Source of the DNA: an uncultured Rhodoferax sp.
Lineage (GTDB): Bacteria; Pseudomonadota; Gammaproteobacteria; Burkholderiales; Burkholderiaceae_C
NCBI GenBank assembly: GCA_963925275.1
Contig: CAWUSQ010000001.1
Location: 1,886 to 65,885 of the forward strand
DNA length: 64,000 nucleotides
Reading direction: 5' to 3'
The translations under genes and the position numbers were made by a program. Positions 11,479 to 21,293 of the stretch are shown one piece after another. How positions within the stretch are numbered: the first letter of the stretch is position 1; the number at the start of each line of letters is the position of its first letter. Under the pieces are notes generated by a model, which had not been told where the DNA came from, did no database searches, and saw only the letters and a program-made list of their open reading frames with translations.

Positions 11479-12906
11479 TCACGCACAATGGGCTACGATA
11501 AATTGTTTGATAGCAGCCACATCAGCCGACATCGAAACCACCTTTTTGGGCAGTTCTTCAATGCCGTTGAATTTGGGTGGGCGCTCAGGCTCACATCCAA
11601 TGGCTTCAAAAATGGTTTCAGCAAACTTGATGGGCAGCGCTGTTTCTAGCACGATCATAGGCACACCTGCTTGCGCGTGATCACGCGCAACTTTCACACC
11701 GTCAGCCGTGTGCGTGTCGATCATGCAGCCCAGACGCTGGTAACAGTCACGAATGGTGAACAGCCGGTCAGCATGGGTACTCTTGCCACTTCGAAATCCA
11801 TAACGATGGGCAGCGTCGGAAAAAACAGGATCAGCACCCAGGTCAAAGCGCCCCACGCGGCTCAACGCATCATCGAACAAGGCCTTGTTGCGTGCGCCGT
11901 CCCGCCCGAGCAAGTCAAAGATGAAACGCTCAAAGTTACTGGCCTTGGAAATATCCATCGACGGGCTAGATGTCTCGTGTGTGTCACTGCTGGCGCGCAG
12001 GCGGTACAAGCCGGTACGAAAAAACTCATCGAGCACATCGTTTTCGTTGGTGGCCACCACCAGGTTTGCCACTGGCAAACCCATCATGCGTGCCACATGG
12101 CCGGCACATACGTTGCCAAAATTTCCGCTTGGAACAGCAAAGGAAACCTTTTCACTGTTGTGCTGCGTGGCTTGGAAATAGCCCGCGAAGTAGTACACCA
12201 CCTGGGCCAACAAACGTGCCCAGTTGATCGAATTGACGGTGCCAATGCGGTACTTGGATTTGAAAGCCAAGTCGTTGCTGACGGCCTTGACCATGTCCTG
12301 GCAGTCATCAAACACGCCCTCAACGGCAATGTTGAAAATGTTGTCGTCCTGCAGGCTGAACATCTGAGCCTGTTGAAACGGGCTCATGCGACCGGCCGGG
12401 CTGGTCATGAACACGCGAAGGCCGTGCTTGCCGCGCATGGCGTACTCGGCCGCGCTACCGGTGTCACCGCTGGTTGCCCCCAAAATGTTCAACGCTTCGC
12501 CCCGACGCGCGAGCTCAAACTCAAACAGGTTGCCAAGCAATTGCATGGCCATGTCTTTAAAGGCCAATGTTGGCCCATTGGACAAAGCCTCTAGCCAGAC
12601 ATCACCCTCAAGGCGACGCAGGGGCACGATCTCAGGGCTACCAAAAACGGTTTCCGTGTAGGTTTTAACGCACAGCGCGCGCAAATCCGCAGGCGCAATG
12701 TCATCGATGTACAAAACCAGCACTTCGTAGGCCAGGTGGGCGTACCCTTTCGTGGCATACACCTGTCGCCAACGCTGTAAGGTCGGCGCATCGATCTGCG
12801 GGTAGGTTTCGGGCAAGTACAAACCACCGTCAGGGGCAAGACCTTCCAACAAAATTTCACAAAAACGCTTGCGACTGGGGTCGCCGCGGGTGGACAAATA
12901 ACGCAT
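11479..12906 (-). CDS. thrC: threonine synthase
   Basis: 475 aa with MRYLSTRG start and the PTLAFKD PLP-lysine motif. Its start shares one base with the hom stop (TGATG). Confidence 0.93.
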   Translation of the reverse strand: MRYLSTRGDPSRKRFCEILLEGLAPDGGLYLPETYPQIDAPTLQRWRQVYATKGYAHLAYEVLVLYIDDIAPADLRALCVKTYTETVFGSPEIVPLRRLEGDVWLEALSNGPTLAFKDMAMQLLGNLFEFELARRGEALNILGATSGDTGSAAEYAMRGKHGLRVFMTSPAGRMSPFQQAQMFSLQDDNIFNIAVEGVFDDCQDMVKAVSNDLAFKSKYRIGTVNSINWARLLAQVVYYFAGYFQATQHNSEKVSFAVPSGNFGNVCAGHVARMMGLPVANLVVATNENDVLDEFFRTGLYRLRASSDTHETSSPSMDISKASNFERFIFDLLGRDGARNKALFDDALSRVGRFDLGADPVFSDAAHRYGFRSGKSTHADRLFTIRDCYQRLGCMIDTHTADGVKVARDHAQAGVPMIVLETALPIKFAETIFEAIGCEPERPPKFNGIEELPKKVVSMSADVAAIKQFIVAHCA

Positions 12907-14246
12907 CAGGCCAACTCTTCTTTGCGAATACGGGTGATCGGCTCTAACACCGTGGGCAGCGCCTGCATCAATGCGATCGCACGGTTCATATTGGCCTCAA
13001 CACAGACATGGGTCAGGATAATGACATCGGTCTGGGCGATTTGGCCTTGCGACTCAGAAGCTACCACAACCGCCTCGTCGGCCTCACGCTGCAACACCGC
13101 ATCAATGCTGATCCCGGCTTCAGCCAAAATACCCGTGACTCTGGCCAAAACGCCAGTTTCATCGGCCACCCGCAAGCGCAGGTAGTAGCTGGTTGCAACC
13201 TCGCCCATAGGCAAAACGCTCAAGTCACTCAGCGCATTGGGCTGAAAAGCCAGGTGCGGCACGCGGTGCAATGGATCGACCGTATGCAGCCGCGTGACGT
13301 CCACCAAATCTGCAATCACCGCACTGGCTGTCGGCTCGGAGCCAGCGCCCTTGCCGTAATACATGGTCGAGCCCACAGCGTCAGCTTGAACCAAGACCGC
13401 ATTCATCGCGCCTTCAACATTGGCGATCAAACGTTTGGCAGGAATCAAACACGGGTGCACACGCAACTCAACGCCAGCAGCTGTACGCTTGGTGATGCCC
13501 AGCAGTTTGATGCGGTACCCAAGTTGCTCTGCGTACTTGATATCAGCTGAGCCGAGGTGGGTGATGCCCTCCACATAAGCCTTGTCAAACTGCACGGGGA
13601 TGCCAAAAGCAATGGCACTCATGAGCGAGACTTTATGCGCGGCGTCGACACCCTGAATATCAAAGGTGGGATCAGCTTCGGCATAACCCAGGCGCTGGGC
13701 CTCTTTGAGCACCACATCAAAGTCCAAGTTCTTGTCGCGCATTTCGGACAAAATGAAATTCGTGGTGCCGTTGATGATGCCGGCAATCCACTCGATGCGG
13801 TTGGCCGTCAGGCCTTCGCGCAGCGCCTTGATGATCGGGATACCACCGGCTACGGCCGCTTCAAACGCCACCATGACGCCTTTGACGCTGGCCGCAGCAA
13901 AAATTTCTGTGCCATGAACTGCCAACAAGGCCTTGTTGGCAGTCACGACATGTTTGCCCGCTGCAATGGCTTCAAGAACCAGCGTGCGGGCAATGCCATA
14001 GCCACCAATGAGTTCAATGACGATATCGATATCCGGGTTAGCAATCACCTCACGCGCGTCGCTGACCACGCGCACCTCCGCACCCACCAGGCTGCGGGCA
14101 CGCTCGGTGTTCAGGTCTGCCACCATCGAGATACGGATCTCACGCCCGGCACGACGGGTGATTTCCTCTTGGTTGCGCAGCAACACGTTGTAGGTTCCAG
14201 ACCCGACAACGCCAATGCCCAGCAAGCCGACTTGTATAGCTTTCAT
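12906..14246 (-). CDS. hom: homoserine dehydrogenase
   Basis: NAD fold GLLGIGVVGSG and a C-terminal ACT-like region. Start trimmed from 14303 to the ATG at 14246, which is preceded by AAGGAG. Confidence 0.92.
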   Translation of the reverse strand: MKAIQVGLLGIGVVGSGTYNVLLRNQEEITRRAGREIRISMVADLNTERARSLVGAEVRVVSDAREVIANPDIDIVIELIGGYGIARTLVLEAIAAGKHVVTANKALLAVHGTEIFAAASVKGVMVAFEAAVAGGIPIIKALREGLTANRIEWIAGIINGTTNFILSEMRDKNLDFDVVLKEAQRLGYAEADPTFDIQGVDAAHKVSLMSAIAFGIPVQFDKAYVEGITHLGSADIKYAEQLGYRIKLLGITKRTAAGVELRVHPCLIPAKRLIANVEGAMNAVLVQADAVGSTMYYGKGAGSEPTASAVIADLVDVTRLHTVDPLHRVPHLAFQPNALSDLSVLPMGEVATSYYLRLRVADETGVLARVTGILAEAGISIDAVLQREADEAVVVASESQGQIAQTDVIILTHVCVEANMNRAIALMQALPTVLEPITRIRKEELA

Positions 14247-14318
14247 TTCACTCCTTGATGTTTCATATGGCAGGTGCAACGCCAGCGACGAGGCGCCGCG
14301 CATGCCCGCGGCGTGTGC

Positions 14319-15545
14319 TCAATGTTCAAAGCGCCGGCGGTAAGTCTCCAGAAAACTCGCGACACGGCCAATCGCCTCTCGCAAGTCATCTTCATACGGC
14401 AAAAATACCATTCTGAAGTGATCCGGTGCAGGCCAATTAAAGCCAGTTCCTTGAACCAGCATTACCTTAGTTTCTTGGAGCAGTTCCAGGAAAAACTGCT
14501 GGTCATCTTGAATTGGGTACATCGCAGCATCGAGCTTTGGAAACATGTACAGCGCCGCCGCCGGCTTGACACAAGTGACGCCGGGTATGGCCGTGATGAG
14601 TTCATACGCCAAGTCGCGCTGTCGCCGCAAGCGCCCGCCTTCCGCGACCAAGTCATTGATGCTTTGATATCCGCCCAAGGCGGTCTGAACAGCCCACTGC
14701 CCTGGCACGTTAGAGCACAAGCGCATGTTGGACAGCATGTTGAGTCCCTCGATGTAGTCGCTGGCAAGCTTTTTATCGCCAGAGACCACCATCCAACCGG
14801 CCCGGTAACCACATGAGCGGTAGCTCTTGGACAAGGAATTGAAGGTCAAGGTCAGTACATCTTCGCTCAGTGAGGCCATGGCCGTGTGGTGTGCATCGTC
14901 GTACAGTACTTTGTCATAGACCTCGTCAGCCAATAAGACGAGCCCGTATTCGCGCGCGATCGCTAGCAGTTCGTGCAACATGGCATCCGAATACAAGGCA
15001 CCGGTTGGGTTGTTCGGGTTGATCACCACCAGGGCCTTGGTGCGCTCGGTGATCTTGGAGCGCAGATCTTTCAAGTCCGGCATCCAGCCATTATGTTCAT
15101 CACACAAATAATGTACCGGCGTACCACCGGACAAACTTGCAGCGGCGGTCCAAAGCGGGTAATCCGGTGAGGGCAGCAGAATTTCATCGCCGTCATCCAA
15201 CAAACCATTGGTGGCCATGACAATCAGCTCACTGGCGCCATTACCCAAATAGATATCGTCGAGTTCGACCCCTGTGATGCCCTGGCGCTGAGTCTCATGC
15301 ATAACGGCTTTGCGGGCAGCAAAAATGCCTTTACTGTCCGAATAGCCCGCTGAATTGGGCAGGTTTCGGATCATGTCCTGCTGAATTTCTTCAGGCGAAT
15401 CAAAACCAAATGCCGCCAGATTGCCAATGTTGAGCTTGATGATTTTGTGCCCTTCATCCTCCATGTGGCGAGCCGCATCCATGATCGGTCCGCGGATGTC
15501 GTAACAGACATTGGCCAGTTTGGCAGATTTACGTATGGTTTTCAA
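14319..15545 (-). CDS. alaA: PLP-dependent aminotransferase, AlaA/AlaC-like (glutamate-pyruvate aminotransferase class)
   Basis: KLANVCYDIRGP...KLNIGN...SLSKSYR motifs match E. coli AlaA as I recall it. Start set to the TTG at 15545, preceded by GGAGGG. Confidence 0.8.
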   Translation of the reverse strand: MKTIRKSAKLANVCYDIRGPIMDAARHMEDEGHKIIKLNIGNLAAFGFDSPEEIQQDMIRNLPNSAGYSDSKGIFAARKAVMHETQRQGITGVELDDIYLGNGASELIVMATNGLLDDGDEILLPSPDYPLWTAAASLSGGTPVHYLCDEHNGWMPDLKDLRSKITERTKALVVINPNNPTGALYSDAMLHELLAIAREYGLVLLADEVYDKVLYDDAHHTAMASLSEDVLTLTFNSLSKSYRSCGYRAGWMVVSGDKKLASDYIEGLNMLSNMRLCSNVPGQWAVQTALGGYQSINDLVAEGGRLRRQRDLAYELITAIPGVTCVKPAAALYMFPKLDAAMYPIQDDQQFFLELLQETKVMLVQGTGFNWPAPDHFRMVFLPYEDDLREAIGRVASFLETYRRRFEH

Positions 15546-15649
15546 AATCCCTCCGAAGGTAGCTGACGGGCGCCGAAACCTATAATTTGACCACAACTTG
15601 CTCTTGACATTAACTCGGCCTGAACCTCAGGCAAGGCCACAACCGCATC

Positions 15650-16024
15650 ATGAAAATCCATCCCGACCCCATCAGTGTGCAATCTGTGCACAGTTACGGC
15701 CCCGGCTGGGTTCAGGTCGATGATCAGAAATTCACCTCAAGCCTGGTGATTGACACCCGTGGCGAGCGGTTTGACTGGGGCTGTGAGCGCTTTGAAGACC
15801 TCAGCAGCGCGCACTTTGAACGTCTGGCCAAGTTGGGGCCAGAGATGGTTATTTTTGGCAGTGGTGAGCGCTTGCGCTTTGCCTCACCCCATCTCACACG
15901 GGCGCTGATTGAACAACAAATTGGCCTCGACACCATGGACACTCAGGCCGCGTGCAGAACCTACAACATCTTGGCCTCTGAGGGGCGGTGTGTGACCCTG
16001 GCCTTATTGATTGAGTCACGCTGA
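15650..16024 (+). CDS. Mth938-like (DUF498/NDUFAF3-like) domain protein
   Basis: 124 aa. Size and the SYGPGWVQVDDQKFTSSLVI pattern are typical of this family. Confidence 0.6.
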   Translation: MKIHPDPISVQSVHSYGPGWVQVDDQKFTSSLVIDTRGERFDWGCERFEDLSSAHFERLAKLGPEMVIFGSGERLRFASPHLTRALIEQQIGLDTMDTQAACRTYNILASEGRCVTLALLIESR

Positions 16025-16204
16025 ACTTAGTGACAAGCCCAAAAACCTAGCTGGCTTGAACGGGCGAACAACATAAGCGCGAATTGGGGCTTGATTATTC
16101 AGGGTAAAATACGCCCGGTTCAACTAGGGGCGCGCAAGCGCGTACCAGGGCGGAGTTGAAGACACCGTCATTCAAAAAACCCTGCTTCACGAGACTATGA
16201 ATAT

Positions 16205-16690
16205 ATGACGATCGCGGTCAACAAACCAATTTCAGAATTTGAATCCAACGCCACAGGCGGTATTCGGGTCACGAATACCTCTCACCTGGGCCAAGTGATT
16301 ATTTTGTATTTCTACCCCAAGGACAACACACCTGGTTGCACAACAGAGGCCATGCAATTCCGTGACAAGTACAAGGACTTCGTGAAATTGGGCGCAACAG
16401 TTTTCGGCGTTTCACGCGACAACATGAAATCACACGATGAATTCAAAGAAAAGCTCGGGCTGCCATTTGAATTGATCGCAGACACCGAAGAGAAAATGTG
16501 CCACATGTTCGGTGTCGTGAAGAATAAAATCATGTACGGGAAAAAAGTCAAAGGCATTGAGCGCAGCACCTTCCTGATTGGTTCAGATGGCTGCCTGAAA
16601 GAAGAGTGGCGTGGCCTGAAGGTCATCGGCCACGTGGAAGAAGTTCTCAAAGCGGTGAAAGCACTTAACAAGGCAGAGATCGCCGCCTGA
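16205..16690 (+). CDS. bcp: thioredoxin-dependent peroxiredoxin Bcp
   Basis: 161 aa with the YFYPKDNTPGCTTEA peroxidatic-Cys motif. Confidence 0.9.
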   Translation: MTIAVNKPISEFESNATGGIRVTNTSHLGQVIILYFYPKDNTPGCTTEAMQFRDKYKDFVKLGATVFGVSRDNMKSHDEFKEKLGLPFELIADTEEKMCHMFGVVKNKIMYGKKVKGIERSTFLIGSDGCLKEEWRGLKVIGHVEEVLKAVKALNKAEIAA

Positions 16691-16784
16691 TCCCGAAAAA
16701 ACAGCTTCAGACAAGGCCGGGTGCGCACTGGCACTCGTGCATAATGACCAGCATGCCGATGAATAATCAGGTTGGTCTCAAATT

Positions 16785-16816
16785 AAAAAGCCGCTCCGGC
16801 AACCGAGCGGCTTTTT
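16785..16816 (+). terminator. rho-independent terminator downstream of bcp
   Basis: AAAAAGCCGCTC / GAGCGGCTTTTT 12-bp stem with an 8-nt loop. The 3' arm ends in a T-run. Confidence 0.75.
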
Positions 16817-16855
16817 CATTGGGATTTTGCATACACCACCCATTGAGATTTACCC

Positions 16856-18511
16856 ATGCCATTACCTCCCGCACCCTCTAAGCGCGCCGCCGTGCTCGGG
16901 GTACCCAACTACAGCTCTGCAGAAAAGCCTGCATACCAAGCGGCAAGCAAACACAGCCCAAAGCGTAACCCGGAAAATCCGCTACCGAATTCAAAGCGCG
17001 TGGCGCCGGCAGATACGCGCGTGGCCGCTTCCAAGTCTGACGACGCCGTGCTGGTGACAAAGCTGCCCACCGACAAGCCGCTGGCTCAGCCTCCTGCAAA
17101 GTCCAAAGCACGAGACAGGAAGGGCCCGCGCAAACTCTTTGTGCTAGATACCAATGTGCTCTTGCACGACCCAAGCTGCCTGTTCCGATTTGAGGAACAT
17201 GACATTTATTTGCCGATGATTGTGCTCGAGGAGCTCGACGCCCACAAGAAAGGCATGACCGAAGTCGCACGCAATGGACGGCAAGCCAGTCGCTCCCTCG
17301 ATGCGCTTGCCGAGTTTCAAGGTGGTGACATTGCTACGGGGCTACCGCTGGATGCAACCGGCCATGTTGAGGCGCGCGGAAAGTTGTTTTTTCAGACCCA
17401 AGTACTGAACTACGCACTCACAAGCAGCCTGCCCCAAGGCAAGGCAGATAACCAGATTCTCGGTGTGGTCGAGGCCTTGCGTACGCAGCACGCGCCGCGT
17501 GAGGTGGTGTTGGTATCCAAAGACATCAACATGCGCGTCAAGGCGCGCGCCATTGGCTTGTCAACTGACGATTACCAAAATGACAAAACCTTGGATGACG
17601 GGGATTTGTTGTACTCAGGTGCACTGGCCTTGCCAGACGACTTTTGGGGCACCCATGGCAGCACGGTAGAGAGTTGGCAACAAGGCGTTCACACCTTTTA
17701 CCGTATCAGCGGGCCCATCGTGCCGCAGTTGCAGGTCAACCAGTTCATTTACTTTGAAGCACCCGGTGAACCAAGCTTGTACGCCCGTGTCACCGAAATC
17801 CGCGACAAAGTGGCTGTGTTCAAAACGCTGAAAGACTACACCCACCTGAAGAATGCGGTCTGGGGCATCACCACACGCAACCGCGAACAAAACTTCGCCA
17901 TGAATTTACTCATGGACCCCGACGTGGATTTCGTCACACTGACGGGCACCGCTGGCACCGGTAAAACCTTGATGGCACTGGCCGCTGGCCTGACCCAGGT
18001 GCTCGATGACCGGCGCTACACCGAAATCATCATGACCCGCGCTACGGTGAGTGTGGGTGAGGACATCGGTTTTCTGCCTGGCACCGAAGAAGAAAAAATG
18101 GGCCCATGGATGGGCGCTTTGGACGACAACCTGGAAGTGCTGGGCAAAACAGACACCTCAGCGGGTGAATGGGGCCGTGCTGCCACCAACGAGCTGATCC
18201 GCAGCCGCATCAAGATCAAAAGCCTGAACTTCATGCGTGGTCGCACATTTTTGAACAAGTACCTGATCATCGACGAGGCGCAGAATTTAACGCCTAAGCA
18301 AATGAAAACGCTGATTACCCGTGCAGGACCAGGAACCAAGATCATTTGCATGGGCAATATTGCGCAAATTGACACGCCCTACCTGACAGAAGGCTCCTCA
18401 GGCCTGACCTATGCGGTCGACAAGTTCAAGGGCTGGCAGCATGGTGGACACATCACGCTGGCACGCGGTGAGCGCTCACGACTGGCAGACTTTGCCAGTG
18501 AGGTGCTTTAG
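16856..18511 (+). CDS. PIN-domain + PhoH-like ATPase (PhoH2/YlaK family)
   Basis: 551 aa. After an ~95-aa K/P/A-rich N-terminal tail comes a PIN-like LFVLDTNVLLHD, then Walker A GTAGTGKT and Walker B LIIDEAQN. Confidence 0.85.
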   Translation: MPLPPAPSKRAAVLGVPNYSSAEKPAYQAASKHSPKRNPENPLPNSKRVAPADTRVAASKSDDAVLVTKLPTDKPLAQPPAKSKARDRKGPRKLFVLDTNVLLHDPSCLFRFEEHDIYLPMIVLEELDAHKKGMTEVARNGRQASRSLDALAEFQGGDIATGLPLDATGHVEARGKLFFQTQVLNYALTSSLPQGKADNQILGVVEALRTQHAPREVVLVSKDINMRVKARAIGLSTDDYQNDKTLDDGDLLYSGALALPDDFWGTHGSTVESWQQGVHTFYRISGPIVPQLQVNQFIYFEAPGEPSLYARVTEIRDKVAVFKTLKDYTHLKNAVWGITTRNREQNFAMNLLMDPDVDFVTLTGTAGTGKTLMALAAGLTQVLDDRRYTEIIMTRATVSVGEDIGFLPGTEEEKMGPWMGALDDNLEVLGKTDTSAGEWGRAATNELIRSRIKIKSLNFMRGRTFLNKYLIIDEAQNLTPKQMKTLITRAGPGTKIICMGNIAQIDTPYLTEGSSGLTYAVDKFKGWQHGGHITLARGERSRLADFASEVL

Positions 18512-18594
18512 ACCTGCGGCCTTAACCGCGCACTGCCACAAACTAAGGCCAACTGGCCGCAGCCGCGGTGCATTGCACGGCTGGGGCAAGCGCG

Positions 18595-20007
18595 CTAAAA
18601 ATCACCGCTGGCACCCGAGGCCAGCGACTCGAACTTGGTGATCTTGTTCAGGAAGGTCAGCTTAACCATGCCGGTTGGGCCGTTACGCTGTTTGGCAATG
18701 ATGATTTCGGCAACGCCGGGCTCTTTGCAAGCATCTTTGGTGTAGTACTCGTCGCGGTAAATGAACATGATGATGTCGGCGTCTTGCTCAATGGCACCCG
18801 ACTCACGCAGGTCGCTCATCATGGGGCGCTTGTCGGGGCGTGTTTCCACACTTCGGTTGAGCTGCGATAGGGCAATCACCGGACACTGAAGTTCTTTGGC
18901 CAACATCTTCAGACCGCGAGAAATTTCACCCAGCTCGGTGGCCCGGTTTTCACCATCGCTGCCGTTGGAGCCACTCATGAGTTGCAGGTAATCCACCACA
19001 ATCAAACCAAGCTGACCACATTGACGTGCTAAACGCCTGGCGTTGGCACGCAATTCACTGGAGGACAGGCCAGCGGACTCGTCGATGTGCAGGGAAATCG
19101 TACGTAGCTTCTCGATGGCCTCAGACAGACGTGGCCACTCGTCGTCCGACAATTTGCCGGTGCGCAAATGGCCTTGGTCAATGCGCCCGATAGAGCCCAC
19201 AATACGTACTGCCAGTTGGGCTGCGCCCATCTCCATGGAGAAAACGGCAACGGGCAAGCCCTCGTTCAAGGCCACGTGCTCGGCGATGTTGATGGCCAAT
19301 GCCGTTTTGCCCATGGATGGGCGTGCTGCCAGCACAACGAGATCGCCCGCCTGCAGACCTGCAGTCATGCGGTCCAGGTCATAAAAGCCAGTGGGCACGC
19401 CAGTTACGTCATTGGGGTTATCCGCCATCTCCTGAACCCGATCGAGCAGCTTGACCACCAAGGTGTCCATGCTTTGAAAACCCTGCTTGGTACGCGCACC
19501 TTCTTCACCAATATTGAAAATCTTTTGCTCAGCCTCATCCAAAATGGACGTCACGGGGCGCCCCTTGGGGTTAAAAGCATTGGCTGAAATCTCCTCGCTG
19601 GTCGAAACAAGTCGCCGCAAAATCGAACGGTCACGCACGATTTCTGCGTAACGGCGAATATTTCCAGCTCCGGGAACGTACTGCGCCAGGGCATTGAGAT
19701 AGCTCAAGCCACCAATTTCTTCAGCCTTCCCCGTGCTTTGCAAGTGTTCGTATACCGTGATCACATCGGCTGGTTTAGAACCATTGATCAAAGCGGCCAG
19801 TGATTCGAAAACACAACGGTGCTCGTAACGGTAAAAATCGTTCCCAGTGAGAATGTCGTTGACACGGTCCCAGGCCGCGTTATCAAGCAGCAAACCGCCC
19901 AACACACTGGACTCCGCCTCAATAGAGTGTGGCGGTATGCGCAGCTGAGCTACCTGACGGTCCTGAGACGGAGCCTGTTCTTGCAGATCGGAAAATACGG
20001 CTGACAT
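18595..20007 (-). CDS. dnaB: replicative DNA helicase DnaB
   Basis: 470 aa with PPHSIEAE, Walker A ARPSMGKT and the SQLNR motif. Confidence 0.97.
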   Translation of the reverse strand: MSAVFSDLQEQAPSQDRQVAQLRIPPHSIEAESSVLGGLLLDNAAWDRVNDILTGNDFYRYEHRCVFESLAALINGSKPADVITVYEHLQSTGKAEEIGGLSYLNALAQYVPGAGNIRRYAEIVRDRSILRRLVSTSEEISANAFNPKGRPVTSILDEAEQKIFNIGEEGARTKQGFQSMDTLVVKLLDRVQEMADNPNDVTGVPTGFYDLDRMTAGLQAGDLVVLAARPSMGKTALAINIAEHVALNEGLPVAVFSMEMGAAQLAVRIVGSIGRIDQGHLRTGKLSDDEWPRLSEAIEKLRTISLHIDESAGLSSSELRANARRLARQCGQLGLIVVDYLQLMSGSNGSDGENRATELGEISRGLKMLAKELQCPVIALSQLNRSVETRPDKRPMMSDLRESGAIEQDADIIMFIYRDEYYTKDACKEPGVAEIIIAKQRNGPTGMVKLTFLNKITKFESLASGASGDF

Positions 20008-20110
20008 GAATGATGCTTTCTGTCCGGAGTAAATTCCGGCATGGTGACGCAGATGCTAAAGGGTGAGCCAAGGTCTGTCGAGTGACAAGCTGTGGGTAAG
20101 TCGGTGAGCA

Positions 20111-20133
20111 GCTGTGCACAAGTTGTGCACAGC
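20111..20133. repeat. perfect 23-bp palindrome GCTGTGCACAA-G-TTGTGCACAGC in the rplI-dnaB spacer
   Basis: Read directly. The 11-bp arms are exact reverse complements. It lies ~105-125 nt upstream of the dnaB ATG and downstream of the rplI terminator. Confidence 0.9.
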
Positions 20134-20145
20134 AAAAGAATAAGC

Positions 20146-20180
20146 AAAAAAAAGCCGCCAGGGATTACGCCCCGCGGCTT
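20146..20180 (-). terminator. rho-independent terminator after rplI
   Basis: Minus strand: AAGCCGC...GCGGCTT stem followed by T8. It starts ~20 nt after the rplI stop. Confidence 0.7.
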
Positions 20181-20201
20181 TTCTTGAAGAATCAACAACG
20201 A

Positions 20202-20654
20202 TCAGGCAGTTTCGCCGTATACCGAAACGTTGATTTCAACCACCACGTCAGTGTGCAGCGCCACGCTGACCGAGTTGTCACTGACGGTCTTGATCGGACC
20301 ATTGGGCATACGCACTTGAGCTTTGCTGACCTCATACCCAGATTTTTTGAGTTCTTCAGCAACGTCAGCGTTGGTAACCGAGCCGAACAAGCGACCATCC
20401 ACACCAGCCTTTTGGGAGAGCTTGAAGGTGGTGCCTGCAAGCTTTTCACCCAATGCCTGGGCTTCGGCCAATTTGGCAGCGGCGGCTTTTTCGAGCTCAG
20501 CACGGCGTTTTTCAAATTCCTGCTTGGCTACTTCAGTGGCACGGCGAGCGCGACCACTTGGAATCAGGAAATTACGGGCATAGCCGTCTTTGACTTTGAC
20601 GACGTCACCAAGATTGCCAAGGTTCAACACCTTGTCGAGCAGAATGATTTGCAT
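20202..20654 (-). CDS. rplI: 50S ribosomal protein L9
   Basis: 150 aa with [22 protein letters not shown]. Confidence 0.97.
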   Translation of the reverse strand: MQIILLDKVLNLGNLGDVVKVKDGYARNFLIPSGRARRATEVAKQEFEKRRAELEKAAAAKLAEAQALGEKLAGTTFKLSQKAGVDGRLFGSVTNADVAEELKKSGYEVSKAQVRMPNGPIKTVSDNSVSVALHTDVVVEINVSVYGETA

Positions 20655-20665
20655 GCTAGTCTTCC

Positions 20666-20947
20666 TTAGATCTTGTGCTGGTCGCTGTAAGGCAACATGG
20701 CCAGAAAGCGCGCGCGCTTGATGGCGGTATTGAGCTGGCGCTGAAAGATGGCCCGGGTGCCGGTTAGGCGTGCGGGAATGATCTTGCCGTTTTCAGCAAT
20801 GAAGTCACGCAAGGTGTCGATGTCCTTGTAGTCAATCTCTTCCACACCTGTTACGGTGAATCGGCAAAAGCGCTTACGCTTGAAAAGCAGGTTTTGAGCG
20901 GGGCGCTTAGGGCGCTTGTCCTTGTTGAAACGTTTTGGTCCGGGCAT
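20666..20947 (-). CDS. rpsR: 30S ribosomal protein S18
   Basis: 93 aa with FCRF...IDYKD...FI...GKI.P.R.TG. Confidence 0.95.
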   Translation of the reverse strand: MPGPKRFNKDKRPKRPAQNLLFKRKRFCRFTVTGVEEIDYKDIDTLRDFIAENGKIIPARLTGTRAIFQRQLNTAIKRARFLAMLPYSDQHKI

Positions 20948-20976
20948 GATGGACTCCTTAAATTTTAAAAATCAAA

Positions 20977-21273
20977 TTAATCTGTTACACAAGCTTGAAT
21001 GTGAAACACAACACTTTTGCCACCTCTTGGACTTGCCAGAAAACCTGTAAAGTGCCAATCGCTGTCAATCGCCTGAACCGCCAAACTTTCGGCTATTGAG
21101 CCAAATGCCACGAACCGAACACAAGCCGCTACTTGCCGAGTTTGACCTGCTTCTTCGATGGACGATGCATGCTCAATCCGACCGTTCAAAGCGGGTACAC
21201 CTGAGGGCGTGTAGCGCAAGACTTCCAGGGCAGTGATTCGGGCTCTTATTTCAAGTTGGTTGGCGGGTCTCAC
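20977..21273 (-). CDS. priB: primosomal replication protein N (PriB)
   Basis: 98-aa OB-fold-sized protein between rpsF and rpsR, the canonical position. GTG start. Confidence 0.8.
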   Translation of the reverse strand: MRPANQLEIRARITALEVLRYTPSGVPALNGRIEHASSIEEAGQTRQVAACVRFVAFGSIAESLAVQAIDSDWHFTGFLASPRGGKSVVFHIQACVTD

Positions 21274-21293
21274 GTTGTGCTGTCACACAGGCC

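Noticed and set aside
11671-12594. 307-aa plus-strand ORF
   Set aside because: It is antisense to thrC. The same applies to 13008-14258 opposite hom, 22623-23150 opposite ppsA, 27102-27815 opposite rlmD, 36347-37057 opposite lpxK, 44412-45338 opposite the ACAD/OMF genes, 47245-47898, 48598-49667, 51838-52554 and 57012-58310.
16729-16745. TGGCAC...GCAT resembling a sigma54 -24/-12 promoter downstream of bcp
   Set aside because: The GG-to-GC spacing is 8 nt rather than the required ~11, and no enhancer-binding-protein gene is nearby.
20111-20133. Reading the CTGT...ACAG palindrome as a LexA box
   Set aside because: The spacer is 13 nt rather than 8, unlike the two good boxes upstream of lexA. 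It is kept only as an unassigned palindrome.
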